From a virus: 64,000 bases of DNA. Below the pieces are notes generated by a model, which made no database searches, had not been told where the DNA came from, and saw only the letters and a list, made by a program, of their open reading frames with translations. The stretch's first letter is position 1; every line of letters begins with the position of its first letter. The stretch is from positions 1-64,000 of IMG/VR virus record IMGVR_UViG_3300044608_001826. One strand, written 5' to 3'. The translations under genes and the position numbers were made by a program. Below are positions 29,006 to 37,311 of this stretch, piece by piece.

Positions 29006-30213
29006 TAGAAGTCAGGTTCGTTAATGGGTTTGGTTTCGGTCTCGTCTTTTGTGACGCTTTCGATTAAGCCATCGAGATTCTCACTCATGGCACCGATTAG
29101 TTCCTTGCGTTGATTCATGAGCTTCTTAAGTTGTTTTGATCGTTGTGCGTAAATGTCTAGTTCAAGGTTTACGTCTTTTGTAAGGAGGTTTAAAGCATTA
29201 GCATTCTCAGCTGTCTTAATCCGTTCACACAGAGTCTTGTATGTCGAAGACAGTGCTAAGGATTGTTTAAGAGCTTCTAGTCCTTTTGTCGAGTCTCTGT
29301 TTTCACAGATCTCCTCAAGCTCCTTCCGAATCTCGTCTTGGACTTCGAAGAATCTCTCTGTAGCTTTCTGGCGAACGCCTCTGTCGCTTGCTTGGATGTC
29401 CACTCCAGTTTGTAGAAGTGAATCCGCGAGTTCTGTCAGCTTCTCAAAGCCAGCAACACTGTTACTGATTAGCTTCAGTTTCTGCGCAGTGATCTGCCAA
29501 CTACCTCTTTTCTTATCTCCTCCCGTTTGTTGCTTACCGATCTTTGTGATGTGACGAGAGTCGAGATCATCTAGAAGTTCTGAACTAAGCATCAAAGCTT
29601 TGTCAGCCGCATTATTCTGAGCAGCTTCGAGAACTTGCTGAGTATTGATCTGATTCTCATAAATGAGGAGGCTATCCAAGTCCCCTTCAACCGGTTTTTC
29701 TACCCGCTCCATCGATACAGGGAGTGGACCGAGAACAGAAACTCGAATCGGAGCTTTGTACTCTTCCTTCGTGGGGAAGAACTTCATGTAAGCATCGAAA
29801 GCGAGTTTGAACTCTTGGTCGTCGCTAAACAAAGGGCGCAGGATACCTTCTGCTGTTTGCTCCCATGCTTGGTACTCGTTTTCCCAGAGGTCTTTCAGTT
29901 TGTCGTTTGATTCCTTGGCTTTAGCTCGAATGTCTTTGATCAGCGCGTTAGCAGAATAAAAGTAGGTAGCAGTGACAAAGTGAGCGTCACCACTATGAAT
30001 GCAATAGCCGTCATAAAGTTCACGCTGCATAACGCGAAGGTTATCAAGCTCCGCTTTAAGTGCATTTGAGAGATTTGGGCGAAGGCTGACGGTGTTGTTC
30101 TTCTGAAGGGTTTCGATAACCGATTTAGGGAGTTTTAAGTCATCGAACTTAATCTGTACTGACTGACGTACGTCAGCGGAGATGGAGCAGGAAAGCAAAT
30201 AATGTGAGGTCAT
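29005..30213 (-). CDS. DUF3150-like helical protein
   Basis: About 400 aa, all helical, FPTKEE motif, upstream of the AAA+vWA pair as in DUF3150 loci. Confidence 0.5.
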   Translation of the reverse strand: MTSHYLLSCSISADVRQSVQIKFDDLKLPKSVIETLQKNNTVSLRPNLSNALKAELDNLRVMQRELYDGYCIHSGDAHFVTATYFYSANALIKDIRAKAKESNDKLKDLWENEYQAWEQTAEGILRPLFSDDQEFKLAFDAYMKFFPTKEEYKAPIRVSVLGPLPVSMERVEKPVEGDLDSLLIYENQINTQQVLEAAQNNAADKALMLSSELLDDLDSRHITKIGKQQTGGDKKRGSWQITAQKLKLISNSVAGFEKLTELADSLLQTGVDIQASDRGVRQKATERFFEVQDEIRKELEEICENRDSTKGLEALKQSLALSSTYKTLCERIKTAENANALNLLTKDVNLELDIYAQRSKQLKKLMNQRKELIGAMSENLDGLIESVTKDETETKPINEPDF

Positions 30214-30311
30214 TTGGGTTAGTTAAATGGCGAATGTGTTTGCGTGAAGAAAATCGCCTCTTCTTATTCAGAAGAGGCCCTCCATCACACCGGGTCATCC
30301 CCGTGGGAAGC

Positions 30312-30473
30312 TTAGCGCCCTTTACAAGAAATCGGAAGAGCTTCCGTTTCTTTACAGAGTGGTTTAGTATCGTACGATACGGTTGGATCAATCCCTAGTG
30401 CTCCGCAGATGGCTACAGTGCACACAAATGAACCAAGAGCAAAACAGATTACTTTCTGTGTGAGTTCGTTCAT
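30312..30473 (-). CDS. small membrane/secreted protein
   Basis: MNELTQKVICFALGSFVCTVAICGALG hydrophobic N-terminus. Confidence 0.45.
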   Translation of the reverse strand: MNELTQKVICFALGSFVCTVAICGALGIDPTVSYDTKPLCKETEALPISCKGR

Positions 30474-30487
30474 TTGCTCGATCCTCC

Positions 30488-30910
30488 TTACTTGATACGA
30501 GAGAAAGCGAGAACGATCTTGTCGGTGACTCGATCGCATTCACCTTTAGCTACCAGCTCTTCAACTTCGTGCTTAAGTTGCATCTTCGCGAGCTTAAGCT
30601 CACTCTCTAGTTTATTCACTTTGTCAGCTAGTTTCTCCAGCTTATTGTGTTGGGCAGGTTTCTTATGAATACGAACAACGATGTTTGTATTAAATTGCGG
30701 AAATTTGAAACGGCTATCTGCTCCGGCGAACACGCTCAGGTCGAGCCCTTCAGTATCTGCGAGGGTAATGTCTCTCAGCAAATTATCTTTTGTCGCTTGG
30801 TAGGGAACGCCAAACGAACTATTGAGTTGTTGGCTTGCTTCGTCAAACTCATCGAAAGCTTCTGCCGCTTTCGTAGCTAGCGTGACAAGCTGCGTGGTTT
30901 TAATGGTCAT
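30488..30910 (-). CDS. hypothetical coiled-coil protein
   Basis: CA-rich leader; heptads LEKLADKVNKLESEL. Confidence 0.65.
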   Translation of the reverse strand: MTIKTTQLVTLATKAAEAFDEFDEASQQLNSSFGVPYQATKDNLLRDITLADTEGLDLSVFAGADSRFKFPQFNTNIVVRIHKKPAQHNKLEKLADKVNKLESELKLAKMQLKHEVEELVAKGECDRVTDKIVLAFSRIK

Positions 30911-31011
30911 CAGGAGTTTATGTGATGTGTTTGTGCGCCACGTTTGGTCGGGCCGGTGCCGCCCGTATGCTCAGTATAGCACGCTGGGAGTTTTAAAGTG
31001 CTGTGTGACAG

Positions 31012-31088
31012 TCGGGACCGGAGGAATCAAACCCCGCTCGTACTGGTGAAAACTCCCATAAACACGCAGCAGCCATCAGGCGTCCCGA
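31012..31088 (-). ncRNA. tRNA-like element (acceptor stem and T arm only)
   Basis: tcgggac...gtcccga stem and gggg-tttgatt-cctc T arm; no canonical D or anticodon arm. Confidence 0.45.
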
Positions 31089-31107
31089 TGTATTCGTTTT
31101 AGCTAAG

Positions 31108-31269
31108 TTACCTTTTCGGGTACAGAGCTACTTGATTGCTGGTTAGTTCAGGATGCTCCTTTAAAAGCATCGTTTTCGCTTCTGTCGTCGATTTTGCTTC
31201 GATTGAACCACTGTATGCCCAGTCTCCCCTCCGAATTTTCAGGAAAACGTCAAACTGTTGCTTGATCAT
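31108..31269 (-). CDS. small early-type protein
   Basis: MIKQQFDVFLKIRRG...IEAKSTTEAK. Confidence 0.55.
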   Translation of the reverse strand: MIKQQFDVFLKIRRGDWAYSGSIEAKSTTEAKTMLLKEHPELTSNQVALYPKR

Positions 31270-31716
31270 CCGACTTTGAGTGAGCTCTTTGAGGGTAGAC
31301 GAGTCTGCGTTCAACACAATAGCGAATAACCGCCCCGCGTGGAACAACCCCAACTTAACTTGAGTTTTAGTAACACAATCTTCATGTAGTTACATTTTGA
31401 AATAGCTTGGCGAACCCTGTTATTTAAAAAACTTTTTATAGTTAGTCTTTACTTAACGCGAATTTCTCCGTTTGTGTAACTATAAATAGTGTAGAACTAA
31501 AACATGAAGGGAAGTAAAAGAGGTGTTTGTGTAACAGGGTGAACTCCGTAGTCGTCTGTTCGTCCATTATTGTATAAATGGCTACCGGAGTTCCTATGTC
31601 CCCTGTTTACTTGATTTACTTAGCCAATGTGCGTAAGGCTCTCTCGCGCAAGGTGGCGGAAGGCAACTACAGCTTCAAACAAGACATCCAATCAGATCGG
31701 AAAGTGAAGGCTCCTA

Positions 31717-31902
31717 TCATCGCTTAATCTTCGTAATTTCCTTCATCTCGGGGATCGCGTTGCAGGCTTGAGCTAAGCCTGCTTCGAATCCGCTTGCGAA
31801 GATGAACGCTTCCTTGTCACTCTTAAAGTTTCGATCTGTCTCGAACTTTAAGTCCTTACCGTCTGAGTCTCTGACAGTTACTTTAACTGTGTAGTAGTTC
31901 AT
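31717..31902 (-). CDS. small early-type protein
   Basis: CA-rich leader and hairpin upstream. Confidence 0.6.
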   Translation of the reverse strand: MNYYTVKVTVRDSDGKDLKFETDRNFKSDKEAFIFASGFEAGLAQACNAIPEMKEITKIKR

Positions 31903-31943
31903 GAGGTGTGAATGGTGTGTGATTTGCGCCTCGCGAAGCGAGC

Positions 31944-32159
31944 CTAGTTCGAATCCTTTTCGATGATCGCGACCAGATCGCGCCCGCGTGGGCTCAATCT
32001 AATGGTTTGGCCACAGTCCTTACGGTTACATCTGAGACCATTCCACCCAATCTCCTTCTTTGCTCTTCTCACAACTGTATCTTCTTGGGCTTCGATGCAG
32101 AACTTCTCTGTCCATGTTTTCGCGGTGTCTGACACTTCGATGAAGTAATAGTTAGTCAT
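31944..32159 (-). CDS. small early-type protein
   Basis: VRRAKKEIGWNG..C motif. Confidence 0.6.
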   Translation of the reverse strand: MTNYYFIEVSDTAKTWTEKFCIEAQEDTVVRRAKKEIGWNGLRCNRKDCGQTIRLSPRGRDLVAIIEKDSN

Positions 32160-32461
32160 ACGTTGTCGAGATAAAAAGTGTTTGCTTCACAAAGAACGAA
32201 AGAAAGCGAAAAATACGGAGGATCTGAGTCAATCGGTGGGTAATACCTCGCATGAAACCCCCCACTTCCCACAGATACTTCCTTTACAGATTCTCTTAAT
32301 AACACTCTTGCCATACTCTTTAGCTTGGCGATTGATGGGACTTCATAACCATTTCCTGTTGTTGTTTGCCATTGCCAATCGAGTGCAGTCATAGCAACAT
32401 GCACACGGGTGAAGTCAAACTCCTCAATGATGTCATCAATTTGGGCCTCAAGATTGTCCAT
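32156..32461 (-). CDS. conserved phage hypothetical protein
   Basis: I.DII.EFDF.RVH..M..LDW.W.....VP....LK..AR.LL...GSGGF. Confidence 0.65.
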   Translation of the reverse strand: MDNLEAQIDDIIEEFDFTRVHVAMTALDWQWQTTTGNGYEVPSIAKLKSMARVLLRESVKEVSVGSGGFHARYYPPIDSDPPYFSLSFVLCEANTFYLDNV

Positions 32462-32614
32462 GGTGTTTGCCGGTGGTAGATTGTTTGTGTTCCCGCTCTG
32501 TTTCGGCATCGGGCTGGGTTAGCTGCCTGCGCCGGGGACCCATTTGGCAAGCGCAAAAAGCTACAGCGCCTAAGCCTCTGTACGTTCTTGAGACGTTTTA
32601 CGCTTAGGCCATCT

Positions 32615-32684
32615 GGGGCGGTAGTCTATTGGTAAGGACAAGCGGACAACGCTTCGAAAGTCGGTTCGATTCCGACACGCCTCC
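32615..32684 (+). ncRNA. tRNA-like RNA with a 5-nt anticodon loop
   Basis: ggggcg/cgcctc acceptor, tagtctattggtaaggac D arm, aagcg-gacaa-cgctt arm, gtcgg-ttcgatt-ccgac T arm. Confidence 0.65.
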
Positions 32685-33007
32685 TAACTTTGAAACGCAG
32701 GTAGCTCAGGCTGCGTGGAGATCTTTGTAACTTCGCCGGGCTCGAATGAGAGCCACCGAGTGTATTCAGATACAGTTACATTCACACGGACGCAGTGACG
32801 GTTTGTCCAACTAGCGAAGTCTTTGTGCAGTTGGTATAGTCCGCCCCAGTCGCAGCCTTCATCGAAGATTGCAACGATGTGCCCATAGTTTCCTAGGCAA
32901 ACAATAGCCCGCCGTGGGTTACCGTTTGCATCGTTTGATGAGCAAATGTGCAGAACATTGTTAACCCTACGCACGTTTGTGTCGTTGTAGTGAACAAAGT
33001 AAGTCAT
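32684..33007 (-). CDS. small early-type protein
   Basis: NDANGNPRR motif. Confidence 0.6.
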   Translation of the reverse strand: MTYFVHYNDTNVRRVNNVLHICSSNDANGNPRRAIVCLGNYGHIVAIFDEGCDWGGLYQLHKDFASWTNRHCVRVNVTVSEYTRWLSFEPGEVTKISTQPELPAFQS

Positions 33008-33012
33008 GGGTT

Positions 33013-33330
33013 TCAGTAAGAGATTGAGACGGTTCTGATGTCGTTTAGTGGGATGCCTAATTTGTAGGCAGCACCCGCAGACAGATCAATTGAGTTGCAT
33101 TCGCATCTATCTGTGATTGGTACGGTAACTGCGCGGCCTTTGTAACTTACGCGAACACGTGTGCCGCAAGGTAACCACGGATGAGCTGCACTTATGCCCC
33201 AGTGTTCGTAAGTCTGGCCGCAATAGGTGATTCGGTTGTGATACCACTCGTGGTAAACAGTAGCAGTCACAGGACGACTAGCTACGGGCAGAGTAATCAA
33301 CAAAGGAAACAGAAACAACAGTCTTTTCAT
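33013..33330 (-). CDS. RlpA-like double-psi beta-barrel protein with signal peptide
   Basis: SAAHPWLPCGTRVRV...V.V.ITDR...IDLS.GAA..LG. Confidence 0.85.
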   Translation of the reverse strand: MKRLLFLFPLLITLPVASRPVTATVYHEWYHNRITYCGQTYEHWGISAAHPWLPCGTRVRVSYKGRAVTVPITDRCECNSIDLSAGAAYKLGIPLNDIRTVSISY

Positions 33331-33376
33331 GTGATGTTTGTGTTAGATGGTGATTTGGCCCCGCGAAGCGGAGAGG

Positions 33377-33541
33377 TCAGTCTTCTTCCTCCTTTAGGTG
33401 CTCAAGAACACGCGCACACAATGTGTCGTCAGCGTGCAGCAAGAAGGCTTTAGTTATGTACGTACATTGTCCGTACATCTCCGACAATTCCTTGATTTTG
33501 TCGTGCGCTGATTGCCCGTGGACAAGATCATAAATGCTCAT
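33377..33541 (-). CDS. small early-type protein
   Basis: MSIYDLVHG...; coupled to the upstream ORF. Confidence 0.5.
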   Translation of the reverse strand: MSIYDLVHGQSAHDKIKELSEMYGQCTYITKAFLLHADDTLCARVLEHLKEEED

Positions 33542-33900
33542 CGGTTGTACTCCTTGAGGATGTAATCGAATGATGTTGGGTCTTGAATTTCTTCGTCCAT
33601 CAGCACCTGTGCGCACCAAGTTTTAACTCTTGGCCATGCTTTTGTGTCCGGTTTAGATCCTTTAAGTTCTTCAAAGAAGACCGGATCCCATGTCTTAACT
33701 AACCTCAGCGCTTCTTTATAAGGTCCCTTATAGATTTCTGCGATCAAACCAGAATCTAAATGTGTTATCGTCCAGCCTTTACGCTTACCGTTTGTATCTT
33801 CCGGTATGGGTTTATGTAACGCGAGGGCGTTACCTACCCACCTTGCTTCAACCTCCCGCGTGGCGGAATCTTTGATCGTTACTGTGATCTTTCGTACCAT
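33538..33900 (-). CDS. early-type hypothetical protein
   Basis: GWTITHL.SGL motif. Confidence 0.6.
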   Translation of the reverse strand: MVRKITVTIKDSATREVEARWVGNALALHKPIPEDTNGKRKGWTITHLDSGLIAEIYKGPYKEALRLVKTWDPVFFEELKGSKPDTKAWPRVKTWCAQVLMDEEIQDPTSFDYILKEYNR

Positions 33901-34063
33901 GCTTTGCACCCCCGACGAGTTACATAATGTATACCTGTTGGGTCTCTTGTGTTGTACTCTCTCGCTGCTGCGTACGCTTCCTTGGAGTCTGTATATTCGT
34001 CGATCGTTACTACTGTTCGTGTTTCTGTCTTCTCCCTGCGTTGTATGTAGAAAGGCATTGTTG

Positions 34064-34411
34064 TTAGATTCGGGTGAATGTGTACTTGGTATTAGGTTCT
34101 AGTTCTTGCTCTGGTTGTTCGAACGAGACGCCATACCAACGGCGTTTCTTCTGGTAAATACCAGCTTTGCAGAACTCGTGCAAGATAACATTGAGACGTG
34201 ATTTAGTTGTTGGTGTGTTCCAGCCACAGTCACAAACTTCCACTGTGTTGTTGTCGATTTGTGCGATTGGGTTGCCGTACAGATAGACGTTAATTCGTTC
34301 GATTGGTTTGGCAGCGTGGGCAAAGTAAGTAACTTTGACCTCAGTGTTATCAAGCCGCCAATCTTTCTTGGCATGGATGGCTTGCAGCATTTGGCGTTCG
34401 ATTGCTCGCAT
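34064..34411 (-). CDS. conserved cyanophage-type hypothetical protein
   Basis: MR.IE.QM..AI, VYLYGN.IA, GW.T.TTKSRLN, GIYQK. Confidence 0.7.
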   Translation of the reverse strand: MRAIERQMLQAIHAKKDWRLDNTEVKVTYFAHAAKPIERINVYLYGNPIAQIDNNTVEVCDCGWNTPTTKSRLNVILHEFCKAGIYQKKRRWYGVSFEQPEQELEPNTKYTFTRI

Positions 34412-34421
34412 GGTGTTTGTG

Positions 34422-34619
34422 TTAGTTAAGTTCTTCGTTGTTGATTTGTTCGCGCAGGTCCGCGATTATGTCCTGCAATTTATAAGATTGTGAGGCAGTT
34501 GTTGCTACATCAAGTGCACACTCAAGGTTGTAAAGTGCGTCTTTAGCATCTTCGATTGTCAGGAAAGTGTCGGTGCAGTAAGTTACACCGTATTCATCAC
34601 ATTGTGTGAGCGTAATCAT
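34422..34619 (-). CDS. small early-type protein
   Basis: Coupled ORF. Confidence 0.55.
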   Translation of the reverse strand: MITLTQCDEYGVTYCTDTFLTIEDAKDALYNLECALDVATTASQSYKLQDIIADLREQINNEELN

Positions 34620-34840
34620 CAGAAAACACCTCGTGATTCGATGTGAGCTTGAATGTCAGAGTCCGAAGGTTCCCACCCTTCGATGTATTCGAGTGCGGGG
34701 ATGATGTTCTCTTCTATTTGATCAGCAATGTCGGAGGGAATCATCATGTCTCGCTGCAACAGTTGTTTGAACCGTGCGAGCGCGTGGTAAGACAAACTAT
34801 GACAATCAAGGGAGTAGAGATCGTAAGGAAAGCGATTCAT
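34619..34840 (-). CDS. small early-type protein
   Basis: WEPSDSDI motif; CA-rich leader. Confidence 0.55.
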   Translation of the reverse strand: MNRFPYDLYSLDCHSLSYHALARFKQLLQRDMMIPSDIADQIEENIIPALEYIEGWEPSDSDIQAHIESRGVF

Positions 34841-34879
34841 TTGATGTAAGTTTGTGAGTGTTTGTGTGTAGCCTGTAGG

Positions 34880-35161
34880 CTACTCTTCCGGCCATTCGAA
34901 TCCTTCAGGAACCTCCCAAAGGTCTCCGTCTTGGTGCAAGTACCAAGTTGTACCAGCTGCATCTGTGAATCTAGCATTATCTAGAATGTTAGTCCATGCC
35001 TCCCAGTACCATTCGTGATCTGGCCCGGATTGGCAGATTTGCACATCCTCCATAGATACATTTGCCAGTTTGGCCCAGTCTTCATCCACATCTACGCAGA
35101 ACATCTGAGGGATGTAGATACCGTTTGTGTCGGACAGAATCAGGTTGGGTCCTATCATCAT
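34880..35161 (-). CDS. conserved acidic phage hypothetical protein
   Basis: SD..GIYIPQ.F, GPD.E.YWEAW..ILDNA, L.QDGDLW. Confidence 0.7.
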   Translation of the reverse strand: MMIGPNLILSDTNGIYIPQMFCVDVDEDWAKLANVSMEDVQICQSGPDHEWYWEAWTNILDNARFTDAAGTTWYLHQDGDLWEVPEGFEWPEE

Positions 35162-35218
35162 TCTGAAGGGATTGTAGGTGTTGTGTGAGGCGGCCCCGCG
35201 AAGCGGAGAGGGTATCAA

Positions 35219-35449
35219 TCAGCAGTCAGATTGTTTGTGCATGAATGATTCATGTGTACGTTGGATCTGTTTGTACATAAGCGGATACGTATACGCTACG
35301 TATTCACACAGTTTGCACATAGCATCGATGTGCCTGCGCTCCCAACAATCAGAACTCTGCACAGAACTCTGATACTTAATCGCTTCGATGATTGTGTGCG
35401 GTTGGAACAGATCGAGCGTGGACTCAGTTAAGCATTCCATGGTGTTCAT
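35219..35449 (-). CDS. small early-type protein
   Basis: ORF on the operon strand. Confidence 0.5.
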   Translation of the reverse strand: MNTMECLTESTLDLFQPHTIIEAIKYQSSVQSSDCWERRHIDAMCKLCEYVAYTYPLMYKQIQRTHESFMHKQSDC

Positions 35450-35623
35450 TTGATTAAGGTTGGCGCCATGCTTTGCAGCATCGTGAGCTTATGTAGTACT
35501 CTGCCGAATAGTCTGCGATCTGGTATTCGTGCAGCGTAGTGTTAGCCTCCTTGCGAGACTCGAATTCATCCACAGTCTCTCGGTAGTTGTGGTTGATTGA
35601 TCGGCGGTTTATGTAGTACATGA

Positions 35624-35839
35624 TCAGTCGAAGTCAGTTAGTGAAACATTCGTAGGTCGTTCGATAACCTTGCTGCCTGTATCTTCAACCTGTGAAGTAA
35701 CAACAATGCGACGACATAGTGAGTTGTATGCAGCAGGACATTCACGCATAAGATGTCTGCGCATTTCTGAAGTCATGTAGTGATTAACTACCATGAGCAA
35801 TTGATCTTTGTGATGCTCGCTAAAGTGTGCGTCGTACAT
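35624..35839 (-). CDS. small early-type protein
   Basis: R..LMRECPAAYN motif. Confidence 0.55.
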   Translation of the reverse strand: MYDAHFSEHHKDQLLMVVNHYMTSEMRRHLMRECPAAYNSLCRRIVVTSQVEDTGSKVIERPTNVSLTDFD

Positions 35840-35841
35840 GA

Positions 35842-36039
35842 TTAACGATTGGGGTTGCAGGTTGCAGGTGTTATGTTGACCGATGTTATGTTCCCTTCGA
35901 TAGATAACAGCACATCGTCGATTGCTTTAATCACAGGGTGAGAGTCTTTGTACACCTGCGGATACTTATTAGCTAAGCGCATAACTTCTGCGCGGTAATC
36001 GACAAGCGCAGTGCGTACAATCGTTGATGAGATCTGCAT
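35842..36039 (-). CDS. small early-type protein
   Basis: CA-rich leader; tight spacing. Confidence 0.55.
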   Translation of the reverse strand: MQISSTIVRTALVDYRAEVMRLANKYPQVYKDSHPVIKAIDDVLLSIEGNITSVNITPATCNPNR

Positions 36040-36054
36040 TGTTATTGTGTGTTG

Positions 36055-36264
36055 TTAGTTTGTGTTGGTGCCGAACATTTGTTCGAACAATGAAGGCTCA
36101 CACTCATACTTAATCTGTTCGCGAACACGGTTAAGTTCAGCGACCAAAGCATCATGCTTGCGCTTCATCTTGTCTAATTCATTCCAGCTGTGGAGAATGT
36201 CACGCTGTAGGGTGAACTTCTTGTTAATGAGATCATCCAAGAAGTCGAATGTTTCAGGGTTCAT
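36055..36264 (-). CDS. small coiled-coil early-type protein
   Basis: Ends SLFEQMFG. Confidence 0.55.
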   Translation of the reverse strand: MNPETFDFLDDLINKKFTLQRDILHSWNELDKMKRKHDALVAELNRVREQIKYECEPSLFEQMFGTNTN

Positions 36265-36271
36265 GATGTAG

Positions 36272-36571
36272 TTAAATGGTGTTAGTTTCGTGAAGATAAA
36301 CGTAAACAGCGTGCCAAATCTCCATGGGAGAGTATTGACCTGGAGTAAAATCTATTCCGTCATTATTAATAGTTAAGCGCCCATAGTTACCGGGGACTAA
36401 CTGTTCATTGTCTGTCTTCCATCGTGCAGAGAACTTACGATAAACACGACGACGTTGAGATTGTATCTTGTTGCCATCTTCTCTCCACAATCTATGGGAA
36501 CCGTAATCAATGAAGTTACGGCGAGACTGTGAGCGAACGTAAGACTTAAGGTCGGAGATTGTGAGATTCAT
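36272..36571 (-). CDS. small early-type protein
   Basis: GRL.......FTPGQY.PME motif. Confidence 0.6.
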   Translation of the reverse strand: MNLTISDLKSYVRSQSRRNFIDYGSHRLWREDGNKIQSQRRRVYRKFSARWKTDNEQLVPGNYGRLTINNDGIDFTPGQYSPMEIWHAVYVYLHETNTI

Positions 36572-36603
36572 GATCAGATTGCGAGTGGATTGTGTATCTA
36601 ATG

Positions 36604-36912
36604 TCAGGAGGAATAGCGGCCCACAACTACACGGTCGCAGTCACCTTCCACCAAACGGACAACTGTTCCGCTGAAGTATGAGTCAGAATTGTATCCTTCC
36701 CAGTGCTGAAGTTCGCTGGTGGATTCTACAGGTGTGCTAATGAAGTCGCACAGATGGTAGAACTCACCGCGATACTTAAAGAACCCATAGTTATACTCAA
36801 TGCTATCTGGGTGCATCCAATCGAATTGTTTGCGGATCTTATCTTGATCTGATTGGCTGAAGTCGCACAAGTGCATCAGATCACGAGGCTGATTGTTTGT
36901 GATGATGTTCAT
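36604..36912 (-). CDS. conserved phage hypothetical protein, first gene of the minus-strand block
   Basis: I.TNN.PR, FFKYRG..Y.L.DF, W.GY.SDSYFSG, VVVGR; start taken as MNIITNN. Confidence 0.7.
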   Translation of the reverse strand: MNIITNNQPRDLMHLCDFSQSDQDKIRKQFDWMHPDSIEYNYGFFKYRGEFYHLCDFISTPVESTSELQHWEGYNSDSYFSGTVVRLVEGDCDRVVVGRYSS

Positions 36913-37127
36913 AACATTCACCAGCAATAGAGCTGGCAGCTGACAACAAATGAGGGTGAATCCCTCAGTCTGAGTGATACTCAGAGGGAGAGAATCTACG
37001 ATCAAACTAAACTGTAGACCATCCGGATCATGAATGATCTCATTTGGTCCCTTGTTAAACCTGTCGGAAGACAAGCTATAACTAATCTGCAACCACCCAG
37101 AGAAGAACTCTCCGGAAAAAGTTAAAA

Positions 37128-37311
37128 CAAATTGTAGGGCATGTAGTTAGTTACAGTGCACAGAATGATCATCGGCTGATAACAAGTCCCGCCATCGTAC
37201 GGATCGGCGCCGACGTGGGGGGCAAGTGTCCAATGGCCAGAGTACCTGCATCAAACACAGGTACGCTGGACAGTATCTGTACGCTGTAACTAACTACAAC
37301 CCGACAAGTTG
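37128..37311. ncRNA. large structured element closed by a long imperfect inverted repeat
   Basis: tgtagttagttacagtgcacaga (37142-37164) pairs with tctgtacgctgtaactaactaca (37276-37298), enclosing two inner hairpins. Confidence 0.55.

Noticed and set aside
11997-30213. Numerous + strand ORFs of 60-130 aa opposite the replication genes
   Set aside because: Shadow ORFs of well-supported minus-strand genes; only the NblA-like ORF has independent support
37165-37275. Hammerhead ribozyme
   Set aside because: ctgataa resembles the core but is not CUGANGA, and no correctly placed GAAA is present
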